A stretch of 64,000 nt of DNA from Marsupella aquatica (taxonomy: Eukaryota > Plantae > Marchantiophyta), in contig OZ316897.1 in assembly GCA_973895155.1 (NCBI GenBank), positions 19,843,224 to 19,907,223 of the forward strand, read 5' to 3'. Made by a program: the position numbers and the translations under genes. Under the pieces are notes generated by a model that worked only from the letters and a program-made list of their open reading frames with translations, was not told the origin of the DNA and searched no databases. Position 1 is the stretch's first letter, and every line of letters begins with the position of its first letter. Positions 1 to 13,862 of this stretch are shown here, piece by piece.

Positions 1-482
1 GAAGGTCAGGATCTCGGCTGTTCCGTTTCTCAGCCCAACTCACCGGGCCATCGAGGTTCACTTCCCACTTCCGCAATTCATCATTTGATGCCTTGCACGA
101 GCTCGATGGGCGGAATCCAGGTAAAAGGGCGTGGAAAGTCGAATCAGGACTATGCCTTTCTAGTTGGAGGTCTAGAAGGACAGATGACTCTGCAGCTAGG
201 GTTCGTCCAAGTGAATCCGCCATTGGCCGAGATTAGAAGGCTGGTCTCGTCGATGGCATGGCAAGTCGACCGAGGATGTCCCGTACACTCCTTGTTGGTT
301 GAATTGGTTTCGACTGAGGCGGCCCGCCCAGGCCTAGACTTGTGAGTAAGTCTAAAGAGCGGTGGTTATCATTGCCATTTCAGCGCATGGCAGGTCGTTT
401 CCATAGAAATGTGGAATGGTCCAACTCGCTGGCAAGCGGTAACGGTACGAGTTAGAGATTTAGGCAGGGCAATCTCTCACCA

Positions 483-3015
483 ATGGCCAACAGAGTTTAT
501 GAACCGGAGAATGAGGTCAACTGGATGAAGTCGATCAAGGAAAAACTGCATGAGCTCTCTGTTATACAGCCTTCGAAATCAGTGCAAGAGAAATTCCGCA
601 TTTTCAGAGTTCAAAAATCAGTGAAGAATCTGAAGAGGGTGCACTTCCAGCCCGAACTCATATTTCTGGGTCTCTTCAACAAGAGGTTTGATCCCGAGAT
701 CATCAATCTGAAAGGTGAAAAGCTCAAGCTCGGCATGGTTAGTGCATTCCTTAAGATACATCAGGAACTTGAAGATGGCTTGGAATGGGAACAAATTTGT
801 GAGCTTGTAGTTGACAATCCAGAAGGCCTACAACAAAGTTACTACGACAGGGAAGAGCCTCGGCATAGACTAAAAGACACTGTAGGATGTGAATTAACTC
901 TCGATGCCATTTTTCTGGCAAGCTTCTTGAGTGGCTCTTTGTTTGAAGCCACTGAGGTTATCAGAGCCGCCGAGGTCTACCGTGAGCATTTGGATCCCGT
1001 TGATCAGGACAAAGCTCGCTACCTTAAGTTAGGAAACATTGTCGAAAATGAAGGCCTTTCGAATCTTGATGTCGTTGCCAATGACATTATGAAGTTGGAG
1101 AATCAGATTCCTCTGCCGTTGATAAGAAACGTTCTTGGGATCTTATACCGGGACAACACTGCCGAGGCAAATCTTATGCTGAACGAACTATGTCGTAGGT
1201 GGATTCAAACGATATCGATCACACTCCCAGGGTTCTCCGAAAAGCACTTCCAAAAACATTTTGTTTCTCCCGAGTTCGACTTTGGGAACGAGTGTGGCCA
1301 CTTGCTGGATTGCGTTTGTCGAGTGATGCGTGGTGATGGTGGTGATCGCAAGTTCGAACCTTTAAGTTCGGTTCCATTTTTGGACAGGAATGATTTTGTG
1401 GGGAGTGCAAAGAAGTGCCTTGTCTGGATGGTGCACTTGCCTGGGCTCATAAATCTCGCATTTGGTCGTTGGCACCTGAATACAAGTCTTCGCAAGAATA
1501 ATCACAAGATAGAGAAGATTTCTCTCCCGTCGATGACACGGCTTCGAGAGGCTGGAGTCCACGTCCGAGGAGATGCAGGTAAGGCTACCTCGACGCAATC
1601 GATTCTAGGCTTTATTTGTGAAACGGTGTATTAGGGTACTTACATTGGTCTAGAAACTGTATCATCGACTCTTTCGTCTCCACAAGAGACTTCTCAATTT
1701 CATTTTTTTGTGAAAGTAATGTCAGGCATTGGCCTGATTTTCGTTCCAACCCATTCTGCAGGATTTTCTGTACGGAATTGTTCTTTTCAATCTCTTTCAA
1801 TTGAGACATTTTGGTTGAAGTTCATGCTCCAACCATCCGTAGCATTTATAGCTTGTGTACAATCTTGTGTCAGTCAGCATAGTTGAGATTGGACCTTGAG
1901 TTCTTCTGCATCCTTGAATTTCTAAATCCTGTCAATAATATGGTCTTTGTTCTGTGCCGGGTTCTGAAGGTGTTACTGAATAATAGTAGTTATGTAGATG
2001 TTGAGGGCGATATGCAATCTTGCAACCCTGGTCTGCTCTCATGTTTTGTCTTCCAGCATCATTCGGTGATTTGTGCACCTTTTGCCACAGAGACTTTCCT
2101 GAATGGTGAAAATGGTTCATGCAGGAGGAACTTTCGATCTCGTACCGCATTTCAAACCCGGGATTCTCCAAGCAACCCTGCACATTCCTACCTTCTCCGT
2201 AATACATCGCACAGAAATTTTGTGGAAAAATATGGTCGCTTATCTGTCTGAGACCGTGCGACCTGATGAGCGTGGATTGGTCGATCAGTTCATTTACTTT
2301 CTGAAATTCATGGATGAATTGATCGATACGCACGAGGATGTAAGTTTAGAATTCTCCCTTGAGTCCTTGGCATTCAGATTGTTCGATTTTCTCATCTTTG
2401 ATTTACTCCCGAACCTATGTGGCATGGCACATTGGCTCTGGTTTGTGAAGCTCACCTAGCTCGATGCCACACAAATGCCCAACCAACCTCTGAAGTTTTG
2501 GCGTACTCCGTGCTTTACTGGTTTGCGTTCCTTGAGATCATGAAGCGCTTAAGGAGTGAATCAATCTTATCTCGATTTTCCTTGCATTTCACTGACACAT
2601 TCTGCCCTTCGATTCGTTGTTGGATTTTATCTCTTGTTCATTGTTTTAGTCCTTCCATGAAACATGAATGGACTGACTTCTGGGTCATGACATCTATCAG
2701 GTTTTCCTACTGAGGAAGGGGAGGCATCCGGTGATCCCTAAGAATTTACTTGGCACAGAGAAGGATGTTGCGCAATTGTTTAACTCTATCACACAACAGT
2801 ATACTGTGCAAGATCCTCGAGCTGCGAAATGGGTGGAACTTCGAAGTCAAGTCGATGGCTTCGTCAACCAGAGATCCAGACTGGTTGTGCTGGAGTTTCT
2901 GCGGTACAATTTCGGCAAGCCTTGGTTTGTTATCTCCTTGGTGGCAGCTACCTGCCTCCTTGTATTGACTCTTCTTCAAACACTGTACACTATTTTTGCC
3001 TATTATGGAGTGTAA
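483..3015 (+). CDS. DUF247/UPF0481 family plant protein, 3 exons (483-1578, 2125-2339, 2701-3015)
   Basis: GT-AG introns join in frame. Motifs include IFRV...FQPELIFLG, LDAIFL, NDIMKLENQIP, HLLD, LPSMTRLREAGV, MDELIDTHED|VFLLRK...LLGTEKDVAQLFN, and a C-terminal TM helix PWFVISLVAATCLLVLTLLQTLYTI. Confidence 0.9.
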
Positions 3016-4131
3016 ACCATTGTACCTGGCACATTCAGATTTCTTTGCAAGTCTCCTGAAGGTGATCGCAGCAACCAACTAGAGCTTCGACTAGCGAGTC
3101 GCAATTACCCAGTGAGCAGTCCACGCGAGGTCACATTGTAAGAGTTTGTCACATTATCTTGAAAAACGAATTGGAAAGGATTCAGTTGGATCCATCTGAG
3201 TTGAGCTCCACACTCACTCTGAGGTAACACGCTGAAAGCAGCCAAGAGAACCATGGAGGAGCCTGTTGCAGAAGAAGACCCAGAGGACAGATCTCATCCC
3301 AGAGCAGTACTTGTATGCATATGAGTACTATGTGAATGTGGATGTTTGTAGTGGCTGTGCTACCTACGATGCACAAGGAAAAGTATATGATTACCCTTGG
3401 AATGAGCTCGCAGCTTAGACATCAGAGCTGTACGGACCAGTGTCCATTACGCTCTAAGATCCGTGATGTTATCTCTGCCTAAAAGTGGTTTCTTCTTTCC
3501 GTGGTTTTCGTCCGGACGATCCCGCCTTTGTGGTCTCGCTATACCACTCCTCGCTCGACTGGTAAACAAGAAGATGTCAATGCTTCTACATTCTCGAGCT
3601 AGTATCGACGGACGGATGGCACTAGGACGAGAAAGATTCTTCAGCTTGACAGTGAGCTGAGCAATGGATTCGGAGTCCAGACGACCCACCTGAGACCGAG
3701 ATCCTGCCATAAGAAAACAGATGTTGGACAACATAGAGACGAAGGTAAAAAGCAGTTCACCAGAACAAAGAGGATAAGACTACATGTATTTGATTTTTAA
3801 GAGCGGAGAAGCGTTCTTTTCCCTTCTTCTTTCTCGCTCTGTTCTCCTGCCAAGTAGAGTCTCGTGACAGGGGAGAGGGACTGCGTTTGTTGCGTCTGTT
3901 TGTTTTCGCTGCTCTGTTGTCGAAGTTGTTGATCTCTCCTGACGCGCATTAGTTGCTTCGCCTCCGTTTTCTTTGACTCGGTAGAAGGTTGTTTGAGGAG
4001 AAACGACGAACTTCTATCACAAATTTAAGAGAACGTCTTGACACGCTAGCATGACAGTAGCTGCTCCATTTCTATCCATCAGTTACTTTCGATCCGGGAT
4101 GGATGGATGCGAGTGAATTTCTCGTTCTCAT

Positions 4132-4205
4132 AATTCCATCCCATTTCCATGTCACCGTTCTTGTCTCTCTCATCCCATTTCCATGTCACCGTTCTTGTCT
4201 CTCTC
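4132..4205. repeat. ~34-bp tandem duplication
   Basis: catcccatttccatgtcaccgttcttgtctctct occurs twice in tandem. Confidence 0.85.
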
Positions 4206-4699
4206 ACTGAAGGTAGTCCCTGAGTGCGAATGTGAAGAACATTTTACAAGATTGTTCTGTTCTTGGCTGTTAAATTTGACAGTACTACTGTGTTGACGCA
4301 GCCAGACCAATATGGCGGAATTGCAAAAGGGTTGTCCAAGGCTGCTCTCTTCTTCCCTTCCATTTCTAAATTTGAGAATGCCACACTGTTCTCTTAAGCA
4401 GACGAATCTAACAAGGCAGAATCACTGTATCTGTTTCAAAAGAATTTACCAAAAGGGTGAGTTTGATCTCATCAACTCTGATAAGTACTGGAATGTAGGC
4501 TACGACAGTGAGTTCGGTCTCATCAATTGTCTCTGGACATAGCTCATACCAGCCAGTATGAGCTAGTATGGAATTATTTTCCCGGCCAGTGTTTTCATTT
4601 CAATCGTTGAAGTCAGTCGCAACAGAACTTCTCTGCGCACATGATTTTTTTTCTTAATTCCCAAGAGTATATTTAACTGCGTCAATCTCCACGGTAGTT

Positions 4700-4817
4700 C
4701 TGCGAAAATTCTTCACCGTGTAATGGACTGTGCAAAGAAAAGTTCAAAAGAAAAGCTCCTGCGAAAATTCTTCACCGTGTAATGGACTGTGCAAAGAAAA
4801 GTTCAAAAGAAAAGCTC
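4700..4817. repeat. ~59-bp tandem duplication downstream of the HECT gene
   Basis: ctgcgaaaattcttcaccgtgtaatggactgtgcaaagaaaagttcaaaagaaaagctc x2. The paralogous segment near 35045 has a single copy. Confidence 0.85.
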
Positions 4818-5142
4818 TAGTGCTCGACAAACCCCACGTAGAAGCGAAAGCTACATCGGGCTGCATAGCAATCAACGATTACAAGAATCATAGTTACGAG
4901 ACGAAAGATAATCTTTCCAGACGATTTCGAAAATTTATGTACACTTTGACCGATTGAAATTGATGATTCGTCATCAAGATTGCTCCAAAACTCTAAGCAA
5001 GTATCATGTTTTCTAGTGAGACTCTAAAAACAAAATATCGACAACCTATTGGCTCTCTATGAAAAACGTATTGTAGCAACAAGCAACCGGGGGATGTGCA
5101 AGATAGTCATGTGAGCTATGTTAAGTACAGAAACCTGCATCC

Positions 5143-8100
5143 TCAGGAAAGGTCAAATGATCCTTGTCCCTCTCTTATGGCGAACATCAATCTATCTCGC
5201 ATGACCTCCTTGCAAGAATAAGGAGGCAACTTCAGGTAATTTGCACACGTCATGACACTAGGCAAATCTCCATCGGCTAGAGTGGTCTCACAACTTGGTC
5301 CTGTAGCTCCAGCACTTGCACCAGTAAAACCCGAAGGATGCTTTCGCACTACCGTGAGCTTGGGACTCAAGACAGATAATCCACCAGGTGGAAGCTTTGG
5401 TGCTCCAGTAACGAAGCGCAGAAATTGCTGCTGTTCCAACGGAGTGCTGCTGTTCCAACGGAGTAAATTCTCCCATGAGCTCAAGAAGATGTTGAATCGG
5501 TGCACTGCTAGCATTATATCCATGATCAAACTTCAAAAGACTCGGCAGGGCCTCTGGCTTCCATTGCTCTAGTCGTCCACACAGCAACGACTCGAGCTCA
5601 TCCTCGTCAAATATTTGTAACGTAGACAGTTTGAAAACGTCATTAAACCCAGAGCAAAATGCCTCGAACTGCTCAATAATTCCCTTGTTCACAGTGGCAT
5701 CCACCACTAGTGAAACGTACTCTTCCAAGTTTTCAAGGTTCACCATCTCGTCACTTCCTCCAGGCTTGAGGGAATAGTCTGGATACCCGGGGAGGGTGAA
5801 GTCCAGGAAAAGATCTTCGATCCTTGAGTCCCTAATCCGCAACGCATCTATTGCGCGCCTGCTGTCAGATCCCAGTTTCTCAAGAAACTGTTTCCTGCGG
5901 GCCAGAATGTGCATCTCTTGCAGCGTTCGACCAAGCTCTGGATCAATAGACTGGGCAATATCATAGGAATCAAGCTTCTTTCCCAGAATGAGCTTATAGA
6001 AGGCCGAGGATAAAGGCAAGTCCAACATGCGTCCATCTTGCAAAGCTTTAGCCACAACTCGCCCCAGCAAACGAAAACGCTGAATAACTGTCGCATACTT
6101 GCCATTTGCGACGCTATTTCCACCAGGCAGCCAAGGTCGAGGAAACAAACCCTGTCGCGCACAGACATAATTCATTCCTAAAGAGGAGCCTTTCCCATCT
6201 CTATCTCCACCTTCTGCATTGCCCACCTCAGTGAGATCACCAGCATCATCTCTGCTAGAATCTGTTCGCCACATATCTAAAGAACTCCGTTGCAGCTCAT
6301 GACTAACTATAGTGTAGAACTCGAGTGTTGGACCGAGTCCAGTCCCAACTTCCCCGAAGTACTCAACTTCTAATACAACACTGTGACCTGAGTACAGCTC
6401 CATGACTTTAGCAGCTGCTTCCAGAATATTGTGTCTCGACACCCGAACCTTTTGGCTTCGAAGTCTGTGAATCCGAAGTTCCCTACGGTGATTCTGAGCA
6501 GGCCCATCACGACTTTGTAGCTGTTGCAATTGGAGACGCTGACGAGCTCGCGAGAGTCCAGAAGCTGTAGAATGGAAATACTGCAGCCTTGTTTCGAAGG
6601 AAAAGAGAAAGGGACAGACTTTGATCAATTGGTGACACCAAGCAGGCAGCGGGGCAGGCAGTTGACCGCGATCGACTGCCAAAGCTTCGTACATTCTCCA
6701 AGCCAATTTGGAAGTCAATTTCCTGCTTAGGAACCCTTCTTTCTGGACGACTTGGCCAAAAGTTTTCCAAGCTATCAGATTGTTCGTATTTCCAGATTCT
6801 ACAAAAGATTCCTGAGAGTCTTCAGCATGCAACCTGGGAGCTACACGGTTCAATTGTTCCAAAATGCGAAACAGGAGTAAAATGTTATAGGGAGAATACT
6901 TCTTCTCTAAATCGAAAGGCAGCTCCACTTCAACAATGCTTTTCAGAATGGACTCTACCTGCGCGCGCCATGAACCTTCCGTCCTAGCAGTATGGACTGC
7001 CCCTCTTTCAATTCCACCTGCTGCACTTGGACCAGTAAAGCACAATGAGTGAGATATCAATTCAGTGCCAGACATTTCAATATCATGAACGTGAACTCCA
7101 GTCCATCCTGCGTTGGAGAAGAACTCGTCATCCCAAAGTTCATATTGTGCGTCGTTAGCATGATATGCTCGATTGGCAGCAGAAAATTCTGGAAGCTCTG
7201 ATGATGCCAGCTCGGATGCCAGTGATTTCTGTAATTGCCGGAGTAGCGTGCTCAAAGGAACCTCCTTCCCATCACCAACCAAGGGAAGGGCAACCTCTAC
7301 GAACTGCTTGAATCGCTGTGATGCCCGATGCCTGGAAATTTTGGGAGCACGTAATTCATTTTCTGAAACATTTCTAACGCCAAAATAGCTCAACAAAGAC
7401 GACACAATCCCACTTTCTTGAAACTCGAAGGTTGAAAGTCCATCCTCGCTCCCGAGTTCTTCCAAAATCTCAGACAGTGATGCAGCACCTTCATTGCAAG
7501 ACCTGCTTCCAGAATTGCGAGGGATTCCTTTGAAATCTTCAGCACTTTCAGCGTTTAGCTTTGCACAAAGTGTTTTCAACTTCCGTACTGTCTCGGTGCT
7601 CTGGTCAATCGAAAGGCCACGGCATCTGGAGAGATATCTTTTCTTGAAGCTTTTCACAGTCTGAACTGCTGTTACGAGAAGTACTGATTGCCGAGATGAT
7701 TCTAAAAGTTCGTTGATAGAATGGAGTACTCCTTCCTTGACAAAAGCTTTGGCAAATACGTCGTGATTTTTCTGCAAAAGGATTTCGGCCATCTGTAGTG
7801 TAGTTATGAGAATAGAGGCGTCCCTGGATGCTAGAACACCGGCTAGGAAGCTCGATGAACCCAAAAATTCGGCGGAAGTACTGAAATGCAACAAGTTGTG
7901 AATAGCGGCAAGACACTTCGTCTGAACGCTTAGATCCAAGCTGGAGCCGTAAAACTGAACCGAGACTGGGAAGAGGTCTACCCCGAATTGCACTAGAAGG
8001 TCAGGTTGATGAAAGAAGAGCTTTTCCCGAACGCCTGTTTCTTTAGAAGCATGTGGCCCGGCCTCGCCCGAATTAGTCGAGGCCATCATAGCTGCAGAAT

Positions 8101-9358
8101 GCTTTTCTGAACCCATTTCAGACACACCCGTACCATTACTGGATTTCGAACGAACAGTGGTTCGTGTGCTTTCAGGAATCAGTGGTAGCAATTCATTGAC
8201 CAAAGTAAGAATTTCGTACAGTAGCTTATGAGGCAAGATTGCGTTAGACGTTAGCCCATATTCAGCGACAGTGTCCTTCAAAATGGAACTGATTCCAAGG
8301 AGAAGAAGACTCTCAGCTGCTGCTGCCAATCGACTTGCGCAAGTAGAAAGCAGTCGTATTAATCTCGTCCGAGTGGCCGTACTGAGGGAAGTCTGAGAAT
8401 CCGAAGTGGTGGCAGACTTTCTCAATGAAATGACGAACGCCACTTGTGAGATTAGCCCATGTGAGCAGACGATAACAAGCTTCTCAGGAGCCAATGCAAA
8501 TCTTTCTACAATTCGTGTCAGGCACACACAGGCATGCTCCACCACCTTTGAATCTTGGTACCGCAAAACGTTGATCAGTGTAGGAATGACTTCTATGACG
8601 TAGTCTGCTGCATCAGAGGGTAATTTCCTGCAAACGTTCGCGGCAGTAGAGACAGCAACCGTTTGAAGATCTGTCGAGAAGAAATCCAGATGAAGCAAGA
8701 CGGCGCTTAGAGCTCCTGCACGAAGACAATCTTTTGGACACTTACGAGATATCTTCTCCAGAGCTTGAAGAGCCTGTTCTGCTTGGTCAATATGCTCAAT
8801 GGTGACGAGCCAATCCCTAAAACTCAGAATAGCTCCATAGTGTGCTACTAGTGCACATGCATCTGGTAACACGTCACATAAATGGGTCAAAGCACGAGCC
8901 GCCAGTAACCTCATGCCCGGATTGTGCTCATAGTGTAGAAACCGCACCAGTAATGGAACAAAAGAGCCGACGGAGAAGCCTCTAAGCAAGTATAGGCTTC
9001 CAAATGACAACACTTCGCATAACTGAAAAAGTGAATCTAATTGAGACCCTTCATTTCCAAGGGCACACAGCCCAAAAAGGATCCGCATCATCTGTTCGTC
9101 TTGATTGGATGATCGCACGTTTGATGACTCTGGGTCATCCTGTCCAATTGGGATGTTATTTTCAGACGCTAAATTATGGCCAACGAAATTACTCTCTACA
9201 CCAAAGTGACCTTCCTCGTTTCCTCCGCCAGTAGCTCCCGAAGGCCCAGTCGTATCACGGACTCGATCATTCTCCATATCGGAATCCCTTTCCTTTCCTT
9301 GCCTCTCGTTTTTCTGCTTCCTATCTTTCGTCGATCGAATCCGATAGTCGTCCCTCAC
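5143..9358 (-). pseudogene. UPL3: Intronless UPL3/KAKTUS-like (TRIP12/UFD4 class) ARM-HECT E3 ubiquitin ligase, frameshifted near the 3' end
   Basis: 1356-aa ORF with ARM region (LLAARALTHLCDVLP, AEQALQALEKIS) and HECT N-lobe (LEVEYFGEVGTGLGPTLEFY). The C-terminus [12 protein letters not shown]...[17 protein letters not shown]...EGQGSFDLS* is in another frame because of a 19-bp tandem duplication at 5426-5463. Confidence 0.88.
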
Positions 9359-10059
9359 AATAAGGAGCTCCGGTATGTACAGTCAGCTGTTCCTAAGTCG
9401 GCTCCTCTCAAGGCGTCTTGAAACTACTACAACTATGCGGGTACAGTTAGCTCGGACACTAGTGACTCAATTGAAGGCAGCAGCCGGATGTCGGAAGGAA
9501 TCTTGAAAAGGGTTGCAGCTGTTTCAGCAATAGTATGTCTACCCAACCAAAAGATCTACTTCACAATAGATGTAGCAACGGCAATGTGTCGAGCAATGTG
9601 TGCGCTTTGAAGACATGGAAAACTACACCGCGTCTGCTCAGCTCTCCCCCCTTGCAAAGCGAACCTCGATTGAATGTAAGATTAGTGATACTTTTCTCTC
9701 TTCGCTCTCTGCTTAAATAGTGGAGCTAGCCATACACGCCAGAAGAAATTCGCAGGTGACAGGTGACTCACAGATGACTAGCTCCTTTCTTGCATGGCAA
9801 CTAATTGTCAACTGACTATGATTACTTTTTTCTCTCCTCTTCTATGGTTAAATAAGGTAGCCAGACATGCCACGGCTCTTGTCAAAGAAACTCATAGTGC
9901 CTATGTGCATAATTAGGTCTCATGACTCACTTTCTCTATTTTCAATTTTCCATTGCCCTCGAGATCAAGGCACTCCAATAGAAACAAAGCAATCTCATGA
10001 ACATTCCAGGCTGCATGAAAAAATATTAAATAATAGAAACAAGCAAAAAACCCAATGCC

Positions 10060-10680
10060 TATGTGTTGCACAAAAGATGTCGAAGTGACAAAAGATGTCA
10101 AAGAGAGAAAAAAATTTCAAGGTGATAAAAGATTCAAGGTGAGCAAAAGATGTCAAGGTGATAAAACATGGAAAGGAGAGGAAAGATGTCCCAGTGAGCA
10201 AACAATGTCCAGATGATAAAAAAGGTTGAGTCCAAGAGAAAAGCTTTCAAGGTGAGCAAAAGATGTTAAGGAGAGAAATAAATGTTGAGATGAGAAAAAA
10301 AAGTTTGAAAGGAGAGAAAAATACGCCAAGGTGAACAAAAGATGCCAAGGCGAGCAAAAAATGTTGAGGTGAGCCAAAAATGTCAAAGAGAGAAAAACAT
10401 TTTGAGATGAGAAAAAGATTTTGAGGAGACAAAAGATGTTGACATGAGTGAAGGAGATAAAAACATTTTGAGATAAGGAAAAGATGTTTAGGCAAGGCAA
10501 AGATGTCAAGGCAAAAGAAGATAAAAATGTTGAGGCATGTTTAAATGTACATTGCATTGAGGCAAAGATTTGGGGTGATGTGAACATTTTGACTTGAGGC
10601 AGAGAAATGCAAAAAGATGCAAGTGAGCCAAAGAAATGTAGATAATGCAAATTAATGTAAGCGAGGCAAGAAAGTTGTTT
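10060..10680. repeat. Degenerate ~20-bp A-rich tandem array (aaagatgtcaaggtgagca-like)
   Basis: Recurrent aaagatgt/aaaatgtt + gagatgag/ggtgagc units. A related array lies at 29330-29660. Confidence 0.7.
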
Positions 10681-12004
10681 AGACATCTCATATATTGTTG
10701 CGACCATCTGGTCATTATGACAATGCAATCACTCTGGCCATGAGGGTGTTGTGGCTATGCTGGTCTTGCGACCATGTTGTTGCCAAGCCCTATGCCAACG
10801 CATTGCATAGATACATTGAGGTAAGGTAAAGAACTGTTGATTAAAAGCTTGGTTTTTTTTTAGGTGGATCAAACTAAAAATATTGGATTCTCCATAATTC
10901 TTTCTTGCCCATTTCATGTGAAAAGTGTTGTCAATGCGGAGATCTTGTTCAAAATAGCACATGAAATTATGTAATCATATAATGCACTTCAAGTCAACAC
11001 CAAAATATGGGATAAGGTGCAAATGGGCAATGAGAGTACATGGGCAAAAGTTGGGCAAGAGTTGGGCAAGAAATCTTTATTGTTAATGATGCAAAAGATG
11101 GAACAAAACACTGGACAAAAGATGCATGGGGGCAAGAGCTGGGCTCCCTACTTGGGAAAAAATTAGGGCAAAAGCAAGACTAATAGAGATGAGGGGGCAT
11201 GTCAAACAATACATGTCTTGTGGAGAAATGATGTTGGGAGCTTGATCGTCTTGGCCTTCATTAAAGATGCATTTTTTGAAAAGCTTTTCAAAGAGAATGT
11301 TGGAGTTTAGATGGGATAACAAATTTGGGACCTATTTTATACAAAACAAAAAACAAAAAACAAAAAAATAATCAAAACATGTAAATACAGTTCACTTTGC
11401 TTTTGCATTTTTATTTTATTTTGGAAGAAGATGTTGTTTTATTGTGAAAACTATATTGTTGGGGAGAACAAGGATGTGGAGGGTAAGAGCGAGTGCAAGA
11501 GAGATGATGGCCCCCGGGTGTTTTAAAACTATTGGGAGGGGAATGTTTTAATTTTCTCTCCCCCCTTTTTTCCTATTTCTACACTCCTATGCAACACCAT
11601 TAATAAACAGAAAAAATGTCCAACAAAATACAGAGAAGAAAAAAAAGGAGAAAATTAACCCATTTTCCTTGTTCCAGAGCCTCATAGGCTCTGCAAAAAT
11701 CCAAAAAGTTCTCATGCCCCAAAAGATTCTCCTTCCCTTGTGTGTACTTTCATACTTGAAAAAAACACATTTAAGATGATGTCACATAAATATATTCTCA
11801 TATACGATGTCAGATTAGGATCATCTCCTATACGTTATATTTTACTATTAAAATGAGCATATCATTTGACATACCTGATCAATAAATCCAAGAGTACAAA
11901 AAAATCTGTGAAAAAATAGGATGGCTCAGGTTTGTTCCCTCCATTTCTGAATTTGTAAGCAGGCGAAAGAGCTTTTTGGCGGCATTGTATATTATAGAAG
12001 TAGA

Positions 12005-12560
12005 TTCATTTGGGATTAATCTTTCATTCTTCACCTCCTCTTTGGGGGTCTCATATCACGCTCTATGTTTTTAGTTATATACCCTAAAAAATAATCAAAA
12101 AATATATTTTAAATTATTTTCGTATTCCTATAGTTTTTGGAATATTCCAAAAACTCAGGGGCCACCTCAATCCAAAGGGTGTCCTATATCATGCACAAAG
12201 TTTAGGGGAATAAACACCCTAAAACTTCAATCAATAAAGTTTTTTTGAGGAATTGTTTTACCTCTAATTTAATGGAATATTCTCAAGTTTAATTTTTAAA
12301 AACCCTATGATTCTTATAATTCTCAAAACTGGATTGAAACAATCCTAATGCTCTTTAACAAAAATTTAAAAGTCTTTCACTAAACCCAATAAAAAACACT
12401 ATATTTATGCACCCATGATGGGTTGGAAGAAAAGAAATAAGGACCCTGGGTCTAAAATTATTCCCAGATTTCATTTCAAAAACACTATAGTTTCTTATAA
12501 TTCTTAAAATTGGAATTTGAAGGTTCTAGTGTTCTTCTACAAAAATTTAAAAGTATTCTT
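12005..12560. repeat. AT-rich dispersed repeat, copy 1 (others at about 29970-30270 and 36700-37255), likely non-autonomous TE sequence
   Basis: Shared blocks cctcaatccaa..gggtgtcc, ggaataaacaccctaaaa, tatgattcttataattctcaaaa and gatgggttgga. Confidence 0.75.
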
Positions 12561-12589
12561 CTCAACCAAAGAAACAAACACTATGATGA

Positions 12590-13170
12590 GCATATACGAC
12601 ATTCGCAACGGCAAGCCCATGAACCATCCAACGCACAATAGTCGACACAGAGAGATACGTGGTTCACCTCCACATGAGGTTACATCCACGGGAACACACA
12701 AGAGCTTTACTGCACTTTAGGCCGACCGGCCATACCAAGCATCCACAACACAAGCTCTCCCTATCTCTCAACTAGCTCCGTAACAATGAGCCTAAGTTCC
12801 ACCAGGGTCTGGCATCAGCCCTGGCTATATGCACAATAGCACCGCTAACATTAGCTAAGTCCTAACCCGAGTTAGACTAACTGTGGTTAGCTCATGAGTC
12901 ACAAGACTAGAGCAATATCTAACACACTAGCCTAAATTTACTTTAATTTGTGTGATTAGTAGAAAGGAAATAAATTAGACTTACCGTGAGACCTCCTCCG
13001 TCTAGGGATCGATCCTAAGCTCCTATGAGGGTGCAAACCCATTCCAAATTGTGTTGACACCCTATGGCCGGGTTGACAAACTTGTAGGGAATTAATTCAT
13101 GTCTGACTACTCCTATCATGGGCCCATTGATCCTATGTATCCCAAACCTATATGTAGATCCTTGGTGACT
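12590..13170. mobile_element. LTR-like fragment, same family as 28150-28560
   Basis: gacacaga.agatacgtggttcacctccacatga.g.tacatcca..aacacacaaga and caagctctccctatctctcaact are shared with 28180-28320. This resembles the 'tacgtggttcacc...tacatccac' block of plant Copia LTRs. Confidence 0.5.
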
Positions 13171-13862
13171 ACCCTACACTACAACACTACCTACACCTTT
13201 TGCGAACTTGAAAGCATCGCAAACAACAAAGGAAATCAAAAAACAAAACTCGTCTTTGCGAAGTATCGCGCATCGCAATAGAATCGCAAACTGCGAAGCC
13301 CAAAGGTTCGCATCCGGTCTTTCGCAAGACCTTCGCAACGCCTTCGCAACTTGCGACACTAATAGAATCGCAAAGGACTCACATTTAAGCGACTCCGTGG
13401 GCGTCGCGAGAGGATTGCGATAATAATCAAGCAGTTAAATATTTGCAATCCCAGGAGTTTGGTAATATGTTTGCGATATTAAGTGAATGGTAGTTATGCC
13501 ATGAAGATCGCGTCGCATTTTTGTGAACTTATGTGGTTTGCATAATGTTTGCGATACCTTCAGTATGGTAAATATGCGATTTGGGTTGTTCGCATAGGTT
13601 TTGCAAGATGTCTTGAGGCTAGGGTTTAGATTTAGAGTTTTGAATTATGGTTGGGGTCTTGTTGTCCAACACGGAGAATGAGGTCTAAATCAAAATTGCT
13701 TTATAGAAAATTGATAGGTACACAAAAATTAGGGTTTCCTAAACCCTAAACCCTAGATGGATGTCATATGACAAGCTAGGTCCCTATAAGACTACCCATG
13801 ATATCAAAACTATATACTACACTAAGTAAATGGGCATCCCATAGGCACTACACCACCAAGCT

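Noticed and set aside
3182-3734. Short minus-strand ORFs (95 aa and 64 aa) between DUF247 and UPL3
   Set aside because: No recognisable motif and no convincing splice model.
10060-10730. Repeat array and 191-aa ORF as a CRISPR array or gene
   Set aside because: Degenerate tandem units without unique spacers, eukaryotic context and no cas genes. The ORF is a by-product of low complexity.
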